Positions 1 to 11,392 of a stretch of DNA of 64,000 bases are shown here, in pieces. The first letter of the stretch is position 1, and each line of letters opens with the position of its first letter. Position numbers and translations under genes: made by a program. The notes under the pieces are model-generated. The model ran no database searches, had not been told where the DNA came from, and was given only the letters and a program-made list of their open reading frames with translations. Origin of the DNA: Fistulifera solaris (Eukaryota); NCBI GenBank assembly GCA_030295235.1, contig AP026143.1, positions 186,001-250,000 on the forward strand. The letters are read 5' to 3'.

Positions 1-82
1 ACGCCGTCGTTCACCATTATTCGCATTACATCGGTTAAAATCTCTTCTTTCCTTTCCATAAACACTTCAAAACACAGCTTCA

Positions 83-1000
83 ATGACGGACCTGATTGTA
101 GAACGGAAGATGAGTTACAGCGAAGCCGGCGGTGCGATTGCCCGTGATGGCGAACAACCATCGATCCACCGTTCATCACTATCGCAACCGGTCCGTGGAG
201 TTCCTAAAACGATTAGTTTCGACTCATCGACTGAGAGTATTGGCTCAAGCCACACATCAGATTCCCATTTAAGACTCCTTGACAGTCCGACAAACGGGTA
301 CAGCCAACGACACGAACCCGTCCGAGGTCTCTCCCGATCCAAGAGCTACGAGCCAGACGATCCCTTCACTCGAAATTTGGAACGAAGCCGCAATAAGCCG
401 GATCTCGTCCGAGGCGTGGCACGATCGAAAAGTTACGAGGCCAGTCCGTATAACGAACGTAGATGTTCTCGTCGTCCGACTGCCCAACCCGTCCGTCAGG
501 TATCGCGATCGAAAAGTTACGATGAGCACCATGAACGATGTTCCACGAGAGACCGTCATCACCGACCAGAACCGGTTCGTGGCATGCCTCGATCCATCAG
601 CTATGAATCATTCAATCCGATGGAAGATCCCCGCACTCGACATTCTGCGCACGAAAGGAACTCGTTCGTGAATAGTCGACACAGTAATCGGCCATCGGAA
701 TTGAGTAACAGCCTGCACAGTTTTCAAAGTGCTGGAACAGCATCGTCGTACGAAGAATTTGCGACGGAGTATGGCGAACCGCAGCCAAAGAGGGGCTCCA
801 AGAGAACGTCGGTGAAGAATAAAGAGAAAGAAACCAGAGATCCCAAAGTTGAAACTGTCAACGACGGTCAAATGGACGCCTACAAAGCAATGGTCAGTGC
901 CAGTGAACGGACTCGGAAAAAGAAACTCAATGCCACCAGTTACGTGAAAATCACTCTTGCGAATGGAATGGCGGGCTACGTGAAATCAGTGCAGCAATAA
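83..1000 (+). CDS. Hypothetical low-complexity Ser/Arg-rich protein with five repeats of a (P/L)VR(G/Q)xx(R/K)(S/T)xS(Y/F) motif
   Basis: 305-aa ATG ORF flanked by AT-rich UTR-like sequence. Repeats: PVRGVPKTISF, PVRGLSRSKSY, LVRGVARSKSY, PVRQVSRSKSY, PVRGMPRSISY. Confidence 0.75.
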   Translation: MTDLIVERKMSYSEAGGAIARDGEQPSIHRSSLSQPVRGVPKTISFDSSTESIGSSHTSDSHLRLLDSPTNGYSQRHEPVRGLSRSKSYEPDDPFTRNLERSRNKPDLVRGVARSKSYEASPYNERRCSRRPTAQPVRQVSRSKSYDEHHERCSTRDRHHRPEPVRGMPRSISYESFNPMEDPRTRHSAHERNSFVNSRHSNRPSELSNSLHSFQSAGTASSYEEFATEYGEPQPKRGSKRTSVKNKEKETRDPKVETVNDGQMDAYKAMVSASERTRKKKLNATSYVKITLANGMAGYVKSVQQ

Positions 1001-1101
1001 ATGCATACACTTTACGAGGACGATACTAAATGCATACAGCAAAAGAAATCGTAACGTTAAAACTTATGCTATACATCAAAATGATAGAAATTAAGCGGGT
1101 T

Positions 1102-1898
1102 CTATTCAATCGAGCTCCTCCTTCGACTTCTTCGAGGAGACTTGGAGGGTGAAACGTCTTTTCTTGGCATTTCTTTTAAGCCAAATCGTAGCGATTTAGA
1201 TCGCATGGGACGCCTTCTTCGTCGCGAGGGGGAGTCACAGCGCATTATAGCAAATGAAGGACTGTCGTCTCGTGTAATATTCAGCTCCAAATGCGGACGG
1301 ACGCTGGCGGCGGAGGACACCCACATTGTATTCGGATCGGCTGGATTGATCATGTAATGACCATACGGATGGAAGGTACGGCGAGCGCCATGCTCGTGTA
1401 CGGATTCATCGTCCGAGACTGATTCTTCTCCATCGACGGTTTGATCCAGGTTGAGTGGTTTGTTCGGTGTTGGATGCAGTTCTAGGGATAACGAGGCATC
1501 CTGCAACGCCAGATTGGATACGGACTCTTCGTTCACATAACTGGAGTATTGTTTGTATCGCTTTATTTTGAGAGGTGATATAGAGCGCTTTTCGCTGAAC
1601 AATTTCATAGCCTTCGTCGGCAGCGAGTGCATACTCGACGCCAAACCCTTTTCCGTGGCGACGTGGGAGACGCATCGGATCCGGACGAGCTTTCGGTTTG
1701 TGCCGTATGATCCTCCAAATTTTTGGAATGGAAACTTGTCTTGAGCATACTGCTGATCAGATTCTTGCGTCCGCGCATGACCGGGCTCGAAAGAGGGCTG
1801 GGAAGATTCTTCGGAGCAGCATGGCGAAACTCGTGGGACAGTTTTTCTCGAAGCTGGGGCTGGGCACTCGTTCGGCTGATTTCGATATTGCTGTTCAT
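1102..1898 (-). CDS. Hypothetical Ser/Arg-rich protein (one apparent frameshift near 1645-1652)
   Basis: ATG frame MNSNIEISRT...SPTSPRK (ORF 1605..2153) joins frame ...KGLASSMHSLP...RRSSIE* (ORF 1102..1923) at an AAAAGGGTTT run. No recognisable domain. Confidence 0.55.
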
Positions 1899-3065
1899 CG
1901 TGCGTGCCTGGTGGTTTGAGCAACGCTTGAATGGGATCACAAGCTTCAATTGCTTGTGGAAATGATAATGAATGAGAAAGGGGTGATATGGGCGAATGAG
2001 TGGGCGCGATAAATGCAAACGGACTTTGTGTCCTTCGTCCTTCTTCTTCTTCATCGGTGTGTACCGGTACCGTACCTGGTAGTGTGCAGTGTGCAGTGCG
2101 TGTCGGTAGAAATTAGAAATGTCTTTCGTACCGTCATTTACATGGCCCTCCATTCAATTATTTGTCGAACGCAGTTTCCAATATTGCACAATCAGTAGAA
2201 AACAAGGGCGTCGGGAGCATTAGTGACTTAATCTTTTAATAACTTTATGTTTTTATGAATTAGCCCTTGCGCATTTTACATAAGCCTATTTTCTTTGAGC
2301 GAATAGCGGGCCTGCTAATGAAATCCGAGAGATGGCGCGCCACAGCGCAATCCTCCGCACTGGGAAACCGGCGCAGGTTTGTCGCTTTACTACTAACTGT
2401 GGTACAGTGATTCAGAAATCGGAGTTTCTGAAAGAAAGAAAAAAATATTTGTGCCAAAAGAGAAAAACCAGTGGAAAATTCAGTCAAATGTCGAAAAAGC
2501 ATCCGCATTTCAGGAAAATTAGGAATAAATATGATTAGAGAGAGAACCATCACGTTTTAAAAAAAGTAGAAGCATTATTCCCCAATACGATTGTGAAAAC
2601 CATTGAGCCCGATCGAATGACGCACATGACCGAATAGAGAGAAACCAATGAGTCCCGCGTTATTTATTCAGTCACTGACAGCTTGTGTCGACGTCAGCAC
2701 AAAATGGCTTCTTCCCATTGGCTCGAACTTGACGTCACGGAAGCAAAGGTATCTTTCCGTGAAACTCATACCGGGACAGTCTGTGCAACCATCCAAGGAA
2801 CATGCCCAAATGTTCGCAAACGAGAAACAGAAGAACGATCTTCGAACTTTTTTTCTTTTCTCGATGGATGGAATAACTCGATGGATGGACAGGTCATTCT
2901 TTCATAGAGAGCCTTCGCTTTGTATCGGATAGTGCTTCCTTTCGATCAACTCTTGGGTGAAGCGCTAGAAACTATAGAAAGCATCTTTTGTGGTGGCGCT
3001 GATCCCTTTCGTATCACTTTCATACGTTCTCATTGTTCGGCTATTTTTCCCGTTTTCTTTTTGCA

Positions 3066-4445
3066 ATGACACGCCTATTCTTCCTCTTCTACTTTGCCTT
3101 CTTGCAGCCTAGTACCGGCTTTCAGAGTATTATCGCTACGAAACCCGTACAGACTCGTTTACAGTATCAGGATGATAAACACAGCGAACCGTCGACCCAA
3201 AAACCAGCCACGCTTCCTACCTTACCCGTCATGGGCCCGTTTCTGAATCAACCATCTCTCATGATCGGTGCCGAAATGACTCTACAGACACCCACACCGT
3301 TGCAGTGGCAATCATTGGAAGAATCCTTCTACCGACATCAACAGCATCTGGAGGCCGACGACTCCAACAGTGGCATTTCGGAAGCACCGCTCGTGGCGAT
3401 TTTGGATCAAACCAATGATATGAGTCATCCCGGATCGCAAGGACGGTACGCGACCATTGCGGCGGTCGTGGGAGTCTCGTCGTCTTCGACCGGGAATATC
3501 GATGCGGCCGACGACAATGCGGCTTTTATGGAATCAATAGCCGGGAACCGTGCGATGATTGATACGGCCAAAGTGCGTTTGGTGGGAGTCGGCCGAGCGG
3601 TGTTGAAAGAATTCTTGTACCAAGTTCCGACACGTTTGGCACAAATGGATGATGAAGGCCATTTGCTCACCTCGTCGGAAGAGGACGATGACGACGAGCC
3701 TCCCGTCAATGTCATCGTGGCCCAGTTCTCTCTAATTAATGATATTCTCAGCAATCCGGCGGTGTCCCCGACACACGCTGTCACCAAAATGGGTCGTCTC
3801 GCCAATCAAGTCGAATGGTTGCACCAAGATCGTCGCAATCTCGTGGCGGGGATTAAAGCAGCGAAGGTACGTTTGGAAAAGGCTGCCGATAAGAAACTAC
3901 TGGAATTCGAAGACCACGATGGCCTCGGCTTACTGTTTGGCGAGGCTGTGCAGGAAGAGTTCGAGCTCGAAAAGCCGAAAAAGAAGAGCAAGACCAAGAA
4001 GAAGAAATTGAGATCACCTGCCGAGGAGAAAGATCGTGATAGTAGTAATAGGCTGTCAAAAGCATCTGACAACAAGCCTGACGACATGAGCAGTTCCTTG
4101 TCGATTATGGAGAACTATGGTCTCGGCTCGTCGGCATCGTCGCTGACCGGATTAAAAGAGATGACGCAGGTATTGCTGGAAAAGTTGGCACCGTATTACA
4201 GTCCCCAGCGTTGTGCTTCCGAAGAGCATTACTACGAAGTCTACAGTTTTGTAGCTGTCTTGGCCACAGACCCCTACGTGAAGTCCTCCGACTTGTCCTG
4301 GTCGTTGCGATGTGTCAACACGGAGCAGCGACTGCAACGGACGTATGGTTGGATGGCGGCACATGTCGGTGAGTTGAAAAAGGAAGCCGATCGAGTGAGT
4401 CGGGCTTTGCACGAGTGCGGAGAAGAATGCACGGATCTGTTTTAG
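3066..4445 (+). CDS. Probable plastid-targeted protein with Lon N-terminal (substrate-binding)-like domain
   Basis: Long ORF. Signal peptide MTRLFFLFYFAFLQPSTG-F resembles the diatom ASAF motif. Segments GRYATIAAV, VRLVGVGRAVL and LRCVNTEQRLQ resemble the LON_substr_bdg pattern (by eye). Confidence 0.6.
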   Translation: MTRLFFLFYFAFLQPSTGFQSIIATKPVQTRLQYQDDKHSEPSTQKPATLPTLPVMGPFLNQPSLMIGAEMTLQTPTPLQWQSLEESFYRHQQHLEADDSNSGISEAPLVAILDQTNDMSHPGSQGRYATIAAVVGVSSSSTGNIDAADDNAAFMESIAGNRAMIDTAKVRLVGVGRAVLKEFLYQVPTRLAQMDDEGHLLTSSEEDDDDEPPVNVIVAQFSLINDILSNPAVSPTHAVTKMGRLANQVEWLHQDRRNLVAGIKAAKVRLEKAADKKLLEFEDHDGLGLLFGEAVQEEFELEKPKKKSKTKKKKLRSPAEEKDRDSSNRLSKASDNKPDDMSSSLSIMENYGLGSSASSLTGLKEMTQVLLEKLAPYYSPQRCASEEHYYEVYSFVAVLATDPYVKSSDLSWSLRCVNTEQRLQRTYGWMAAHVGELKKEADRVSRALHECGEECTDLF

Positions 4446-4739
4446 AAAATATACGAAGATTAAAATAATACACAACCTTGTTTTTGGAAAGGATACGCCC
4501 TCTTAATCTCAATTTCATCCAACCTAGACTCTATAGCATCTTAGCATAGAAACCATAAAAGTCGTTTATTGTTATTAGCTTTGTTATCGATCACCTTTTC
4601 AAACAGAGTGACCAAAGATCATAACTATCCTTTCTCTTTCACAAAAACATAGTCTGCCGATGTATTCCTTACTTCTGCAAAAATAGCTATAAAAGGCAAT
4701 ACAAGGCGTTTTTGGAATGAATACAGCGCACTCTAACAG

Positions 4740-5215
4740 CTATTCATCGTCATCATCATCGTCCGAATCACCTACATCGACAATATCGTCCGCATAATTG
4801 GCACTCGCGGCCGGTTTCTTCGTTGCCAATCCCGAGCTTGCGGGAAGATCGTCGTCGTCGTCGTCATCGTCGTCAGCATATTGGGCCGGAGGAGGATTCT
4901 GGGCGGCTTCACATTCATCGAGCCATTCGGAAAACACATCGACCGGTTCGTGTAAATGATGAATGGGCATTTGGAAGGCGGCGCTGCACAAACGACACGA
5001 CAATGACCCAATGCCGGCTTTGAAATCCATTTTACATTCGACGGTGTCTTGATTGGCACAGAACGGGCATTTGAAGTTTTTGGATAATTTCGGACGTTTT
5101 TTCGTCACGACCTTTTTCATCAAGTGTATGGATGAGAGGTGTCTTTCTTCATGAAGTGTTAAAGCAGTCAATGAACAAAGCAACTTACCGGTGCTTTCTT
5201 GGCTCGACGTCCCAT
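4740..5215 (-). CDS. ELF1: Transcription elongation factor Elf1 (2 exons)
   Basis: Exon 1 5215-5189 (MGRRAKKAP), intron 5188-5112 (GTAAGT..AG), exon 2 VVTKKRPKL..FKCPFC..CRLC..EPVDVFSEWLDECE plus acidic tail. This is the Elf1 zinc ribbon. Confidence 0.95.
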
Positions 5216-5821
5216 CTTCAATATTGTTAATTTCGTAAGACGACGTTGTTGTTGAGTAATTATGCTGATAGATGATCGAGTTTGACGTCAATGATATCGT
5301 TGTCGCTCTTTCCCGTAAACGTGATCCGTTTCTCTGCAAAGCTGTCAAGTATCTCCCTAGACTTGTAATTAGACGCAAGGTGTCACTGCGATGCAACGAA
5401 TAGGATAACAAGAAGACTTTCGCAATGGCTTTTGTTATTGTCAACACGAGACGCCTTTTTCTTGCGACTTTTTTTGTTTTGTTTTGCGTGTCAACCAACC
5501 GTTGAAATCATCGCAGCGGTACACAAAGTAATTCGTTACCGGTGCGTCTTTCTGGTCACGAGTCACGACTCCGAGAAGAACCAAGACTGACTGTACACTT
5601 TCTCTGAGTGCCAAAGTGTTACTATAACATGTTGTGTGGGAGGCATGAAACTCCACCACAGGTCTTTTTTTCCTTCACTTTCGTCGTCGTCGTCGTCGTT
5701 CACGATGAACATCATCTTATTATTCATTCATTCTTCATGTTCATAACGGAGTCTTTTAGTATCAAAGTTACTATTGCTTTACGTTGTATTCCAGCTGTTG
5801 CTTACAATACTTCAAAAAAGA

Positions 5822-6365
5822 ATGGCTAATAACGCCACATTATTCGAAAATAAAATCAAAGACAAACTCGGCATCCGTTGGATCGATGCTCGTCGGTTGG
5901 TGCAGGATGCCCAAAAACAGTTGAACATTTCCGATGATCAATTAGTCGAAAATGAAGATGAAATTATGCTGGCAGTACTCAAAAGCTTTGTGGCGTTACC
6001 GAAAGAAGAGCAAGAAGCGTTACGACGAAAAAAAGGTGGAAGCGGCAGAAGAACCCGAATGGAAACGAAAAGCACGAGAGCAGGCGGAAAAGAGAGAACG
6101 CGAATGGGAGGCACAGGCGGCGGCCGAAAAAGCGGCAGCGTCTCAACAATCACAAACAGAAACTATTGCGCCTACAGAACCGACTATCACTACCATTACG
6201 CGTGGCCCTGAACATGAAATCCATGGACCGAAGAAAGTCGTCACGGTGACAAAAACGGTCAAACACAGCAATGGTGACATTCGAACGGTCGAAACAACTC
6301 GACACGATTCGCTGGCGCCTTCGATGACAGTAACACATACGAAAGTGTGTTGTGTGGTCATGTAA
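5822..6365 (+). CDS. Hypothetical protein ending in CCVVM (CaaX box); frameshift in A-run ~6028-6034
   Basis: MANNATLFENK...EALRRKK joins ...KKVEAAEEPEW...TKVCCVVM* by a 1-nt shift in the A-run. Confidence 0.65.
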
Positions 6366-6540
6366 ACGAATATCTTTGGCAATCTCTTTCAACATGCTGG
6401 GCGAAATCGCTTCTAGCACTTTCGCGGGGGTTGAATTTTGGTCTCCCACTTGTGTTCGAGCATGTGCTTCACCAACCACTATCACCCCAGCGTTTGAAAC
6501 ACCCGAAACTGCTACAGTTGAGTAAACATTCTAAATCTTG

Positions 6541-7607
6541 TTATTTACTCCGGTATTCATCGATCATTTCCCTCGACCACTGACAAAATAATTCGTACGT
6601 GACAAAGGTAATACAAGTATTCGGTATCACTCGTACCAAGCTGACGGGCAATCCCGCATAAAATCCGGCCCATCCTTCCTTGGCATAAATCTGCCGACAC
6701 GTCGGAACAAAACCATTCTGCGAACGAGCATCCATCATGCGACTCCGAATGACTTCATGGGGATACGTCAATACACAGGCCGTCATTTTACTCAACGCAC
6801 TCGCAATCATCACATGGAAGGCGGTATCGCGACTACTTTGATGATTCTGGCGCAACATTCGTTTGAGGCGTTCGTAGACAGGAAACTGGACTCCGACATG
6901 CGACAATCCCAACATATTCGCCGTCATGCCTCTCCAGAAAATCAAATAATTCCCACCCGATTCCCGCAAAAGAGAACGAGCCGTGGAAGCAATACTTTTC
7001 GGAACACCACCGCCGTGTAAAAAATCGGTTTGGATCCGTGTGCGAATGACAAACAAAGGATTGCACAAAACATCACTGATGGCTCCGGCCGACACGGCCG
7101 CTCCCATATGAATGACTGTTGTACTGTATTGCGGATAGGCACTGGCACCGTGTCGTTTTAAATCATTGTACACGGGGACTTTTGGTGCGTCGAACGAAAA
7201 AAAAGAATCAGCGCCAAGCCAGGCCATCAGACGAAACGATGTTATTACTTACAATACACACCCCAAAACGCCGGCACCGTAATTAACGTCGCTCCCAATC
7301 CCCGAAAACAACCCTTCCATCCTTCTTTGGCGACAATTTCTCGAATCATTTGCGGAATGATTTGGACGGCGCCCATTTGTCCGCGTCGTTCCCCCCACAC
7401 TTGCAAACGGGTGCGGACCAAATCGAGCGGTGCACAAGTAATACTGGCCAATGCACCACTCCCAGCTCCCGCCAATAGACTGCTGTACAGATGAACATAA
7501 TCGCGGGGTGCGACAGGCAGTGAGTGTTGGCGATTCTGTTTCCGAAGATGATAATGATTGCCAGTGGTCGTCGCCACATCCGAGGATGATGTCGTGGGTG
7601 TTGTCAT
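6541..7607 (-). CDS. Mitochondrial carrier (SLC25), NAD+/folate-FAD carrier-like (2 exons)
   Basis: Three carrier motifs (PLDLVRTRLQ, PLFVIRTRIQ, PHEVIRSRM). Intron 7252-7179 gives PAFWGVYFPVY; HVGVQFPVYE is typical of the NDT/MFT subfamily. Confidence 0.9.
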
Positions 7608-8295
7608 ATTATTCGTGTCTTTTGAGCGATATGTTTATCTTTCGTCGCGGCTCGTCTCTTTCTACCAAGCAACTTCTTCCTGTGTTTTGCGCCTTTCACA
7701 AATTTTACAATTGCCTCTTCATCCTTCGCATAAAAAAGCAAATCACAATCATCATATGTCAAATCAGTCACTTGTAGTGTGAGAAAAAAAAGACGCAGTC
7801 GAGAAAAAGAAACGAGCGAGCGAAATAAGACAAACGATCGAACCGACTGTACAGGTTCATGTACTATGTACTCTACACTTTCTACCAGTGCTCGAACGTC
7901 CTTCCGTCTACTGCTCCCAACACGTGCATTCGTGACCCCATGTCACCACTCGTGATTGATATGTTTATTGCCATTATATTTTTCATTATTATTTTATTTT
8001 CTGCAATGATAACCTGGTATTAGTTACAAACGACGTAATTATAATGTAATGTTGTCATCCTTATGAAAGATCAAGAAGAAAAAGAACGATACAAATGCAA
8101 ATACGATACGAACATTTGAATCGGCAACGTGAAGAAACGATGCAGGAAGAATCGAAAGAAACGGGTCTCGTGAAAACACGGCCACCACCGGTCGTTTCCA
8201 GCACGAATAATCAACCTACGAACAGAGTCTCCGTTGCACACACTTTCATTCATTTACAACAGACGCGCATCGCATACTGTTCAGCTAGCAGAAAA

Positions 8296-8817
8296 ATGAC
8301 TTCAACTGACAGCAATGCAACGGACACTTGGTTTCCGACTGACATTTGCACCCCTCCAGTCGAAGACGAGGAAGAAGAACGAAACACCGCGCACTTTCCC
8401 ACCGATCACAAATTTTCTACAACAAAGGAAGCTACAAAGACGACGACCTCTAGTGAACCGCCTTGGACGAATGAACCTTTCATGATGCCCGAGATAAGGA
8501 TTCCGTCCTTCGTCACGGAACGTCCTCCGGTCCGCATGGTGTGTCCATTAACTCCACAAAAGAGACAACCAACGAACGTACCTCTTAAACTACCGACATG
8601 GGAGGAAGTCCTCTCGTCAATATTACGAGAAGGCCCCGACAGCGAGATGGAAGCTCTCCTTAAAATGGCGCTTCGTTACGAACAGGCCTCTTTCGGAACC
8701 GGATTGCCGTTCAGTCTCACCAACCTCGGCACGACTCCTCCCCCAGCGTGGTTTGCCATCCTGTATTTGAACGTATGGATACGGATACGCAGAAAATGTT
8801 GCTCCCCTTTCGTTTGA
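8296..8817 (+). CDS. Hypothetical protein (start could be as far upstream as 8095)
   Basis: Stop-free ORF of 240 codons, Thr/Pro/Glu-rich, no recognised domain. Confidence 0.45.
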   Translation: MTSTDSNATDTWFPTDICTPPVEDEEEERNTAHFPTDHKFSTTKEATKTTTSSEPPWTNEPFMMPEIRIPSFVTERPPVRMVCPLTPQKRQPTNVPLKLPTWEEVLSSILREGPDSEMEALLKMALRYEQASFGTGLPFSLTNLGTTPPPAWFAILYLNVWIRIRRKCCSPFV

Positions 8818-9072
8818 AAGAAAGAACCAGCCACCAATCCGCAAGTGCCAAACAAGGCGCAACAAGGGCTATTCCTTGTCGATTGGCCTCTCTTCATTAT
8901 CGGCTACCTGTTCACTCCTCTGTTCCTTTTACTCAGAAAATGGAATGAATTTCGCCATGTACAATCATGGGAATGCACAGATATCAAGGAACAATACTAA
9001 TAAGTTAAGTATATCAAGAATAAAACTATAGAGATTGCATAAAGCTATCGTGTTCTTGGTAGCTTCATATTG

Positions 9073-10674
9073 TTAGACATAGCAATCACAGCATCCAAGT
9101 GGACATTTCATTTGCGGCGCGATTCCTTCACTTAAGGTGGCGCAATCCGCCGCTAGCACATTCAACGAGCCACTGCACAATCCCAAAGGAACCGTACCGA
9201 CCAAATTGGTTTGATGAAACTGCACATCCTTGAGTTTCTTCAACGTCCCAATTTCGTCCGGGACCGTCCCGGACAAATCCGTGTAACACACTTTCAAAAT
9301 TTGCAATTCCTTCAAGTGTCCCAATTCCGTCGGGAGAGTACCATTGAGACCACGATTCGAATACACATTCAGTTCACGCAACGATGTCATGAGTCCGATT
9401 TCGGTCGGTAGGCTCCCCATCAAAGCGGTGGGACTGGTCAAACCCCATGTTTCCAATTTGGTCCATTTTCCAATTTCGGAAGGCAAAGATGACGGAGTGA
9501 GACCCGTGATATCATTCAATTGCAGTGCGATCAATCCCGTCGCCGCCGTCAACGATGCCGGCAACGTCCCTTTCAATGGCGTATTGGATGCGTACAGAGA
9601 CTTCAAACGAGACAGAGGACCATCGGCCGTGACTTCCGGAATTGTTCCGGAAAGTTCGGTCAACGAAATATCGATATGTTCGATGAGAGGCCAATGCGGT
9701 ACCACGTCTTGCCAGAAATTCCCTGCCACCGGCATAGTGTGAATGTCAAAATGACGCAACTTCGTCCACTGGGCCAACGTCGATCCCGGTAGCGTCCCTT
9801 CGAATCGATTTTCCGCCAAATTCACCGTTTCGAGGTTCGTCCAAGCGCCCCATGTTTCTTGGAAAACATTCAATCGATTGCCTTTCAAATTCAAATGCTG
9901 CAATTGGGGCAACGCTACCGAAAACGTTCCCACGAGACTCTTTCCGGCACAATCGAGTACGGTAAGATGCGACAAGAGTCCCAATTCGGTCGGAACCATT
10001 CCCGCAAGAACAAAGGAAGCCGATTGGAAATCCAACCCCACCACTTGGTCTTGATCATTGCACGTGACCCCCAACCACTGACATTCGTGGAGCGGAACTC
10101 GGGATCGTGTGGTGACGGGCTCTCCTTCGGAAGGAGCCACGACAGTCACCATGCCATCGGAAGATACGGCCGCTTGTTGGACCAAATCCATCCATCCGGC
10201 CGCGGCCGTACTGAACAACCAACCGTCCCAATGAAAATAGAGACAAGCCAACGCATAGCGTTGTACCAATCGCTCTCCCTGCAGAGGAGCGAGGGGATCG
10301 GCCGTCACCAACCACTGTAACGCCTGCCATTGTGGAGATTCCGGAATGAGCATGGTAGTCGCATTTTGGGATTGCAGATGCTGGTACGTCGAAAGCCAAT
10401 AATCGCGCTGGGCTTCGAGATCCATACCGAGAAGAGACGAGTCATTGCTCTTGGTGGACGTCAAGAGCATTTGCAAACCAATCAGAGTCGCCGCCAACGA
10501 CAGAATGAGACCCATCCAGGCCAAACCGATCGGTGACCTCCAAAATATCTTCCAGCGGGCGAATTTGGTGATGGAGACGGTTGTTGATTCCTCCAAAATG
10601 CAATCAAGTGCTTCGGCACGAGCACTCCGAGAACTTCCGGTTCGAACGGGCAAAATTCGAGTTGTTCCCGTCAT
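9073..10674 (-). CDS. Type-II membrane leucine-rich-repeat (receptor-like) protein, diatom-type
   Basis: N-proximal TM helix, cap motifs SPQWQALQWL / QRYALACLYF / ECQWLGVTC, plant-type LxGxxPxExGxL repeats, Cys-rich end ADC..CPLGCCDC. Confidence 0.9.
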   Translation of the reverse strand: MTGTTRILPVRTGSSRSARAEALDCILEESTTVSITKFARWKIFWRSPIGLAWMGLILSLAATLIGLQMLLTSTKSNDSSLLGMDLEAQRDYWLSTYQHLQSQNATTMLIPESPQWQALQWLVTADPLAPLQGERLVQRYALACLYFHWDGWLFSTAAAGWMDLVQQAAVSSDGMVTVVAPSEGEPVTTRSRVPLHECQWLGVTCNDQDQVVGLDFQSASFVLAGMVPTELGLLSHLTVLDCAGKSLVGTFSVALPQLQHLNLKGNRLNVFQETWGAWTNLETVNLAENRFEGTLPGSTLAQWTKLRHFDIHTMPVAGNFWQDVVPHWPLIEHIDISLTELSGTIPEVTADGPLSRLKSLYASNTPLKGTLPASLTAATGLIALQLNDITGLTPSSLPSEIGKWTKLETWGLTSPTALMGSLPTEIGLMTSLRELNVYSNRGLNGTLPTELGHLKELQILKVCYTDLSGTVPDEIGTLKKLKDVQFHQTNLVGTVPLGLCSGSLNVLAADCATLSEGIAPQMKCPLGCCDCYV

Positions 10675-10895
10675 GATAGGATTGCAAATTCAACAGATCG
10701 AAGCCTCCACACACAGACAGAAAGGTTCTCGAAATACTTGTTATTCGAGAATAATTGAACAAGAATTTGTTGTTTTTAATGATCCAACGAGCGAGCTGTT
10801 CTCTTGCAATGAGCAAGACGTAAGAGTGAAAGCATCGTTTTAGCACACTCATCGTCGCCTTTCGGGTGGCCTTTGTCTTGGTCATTCTGGATGGC

Positions 10896-11107
10896 GTGGG
10901 AGTCCTTTTTTGATTCATCATTGTCGCTCATCCTCGAGCGTCATTCGTTGCTCAGCTACGACAACAAAGCGGTCATTTTTTGTTGCGTGGGAGTCCTCTT
11001 ATGGATCCGAGACAAGACAGATCCAACGCTTGTATGGTGGGAGTCCTCTGTTAGTTCCAAAATCAAGATACATAAGGCTTACAGCGTTTATGTATGGTGG
11101 GAGTCCT
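10896..11107. repeat. Four exact copies of GTGGGAGTCCT in a divergent promoter region
   Basis: Copies start at 10896, 10987, 11037 and 11097. The last two extend to TGTATGGTGGGAGTCCT. Confidence 0.85.
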
Positions 11108-11392
11108 TTTTTGCCCATCAACAGAAAAACATTGCCTTGCAGAAAAACGCATCATCGTCAAAAAAAAAAACGCGCGGCGGAGAATACCGTTTAGTACCGT
11201 TAAGATTATAGCACGTATCATATCAAAACAAAAATTTTAGTGATGGTCCGACAAAATTAGTTTTTCACGTATCATCTTGCGGTATTCTTCTTCAACATTC
11301 CGATCGACCCATTTTTCTTTCTCACAAAAATTCATTCGTCGTCGCTATACGGAGTAATATTGTTGCATCCTCTCGTCCAAGACACCAGACCA

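Noticed and set aside
2704..2907. Small ORF MASSHWLELDV... with a plausible ATG context
   Set aside because: 67 aa with no recognisable motif; overlaps probable promoter sequence (TGACGTCA at ~2730). Cannot be supported without expression data.
5216..5498. N-terminal extension of the 252-aa Elf1 ORF
   Set aside because: It reads through the intron and 5' region. The real start is ATG 5215 with a short first exon.
10896..11107. Mini-CRISPR interpretation
   Set aside because: The repeat is only 11-17 bp with irregular spacing, and there are no cas genes.
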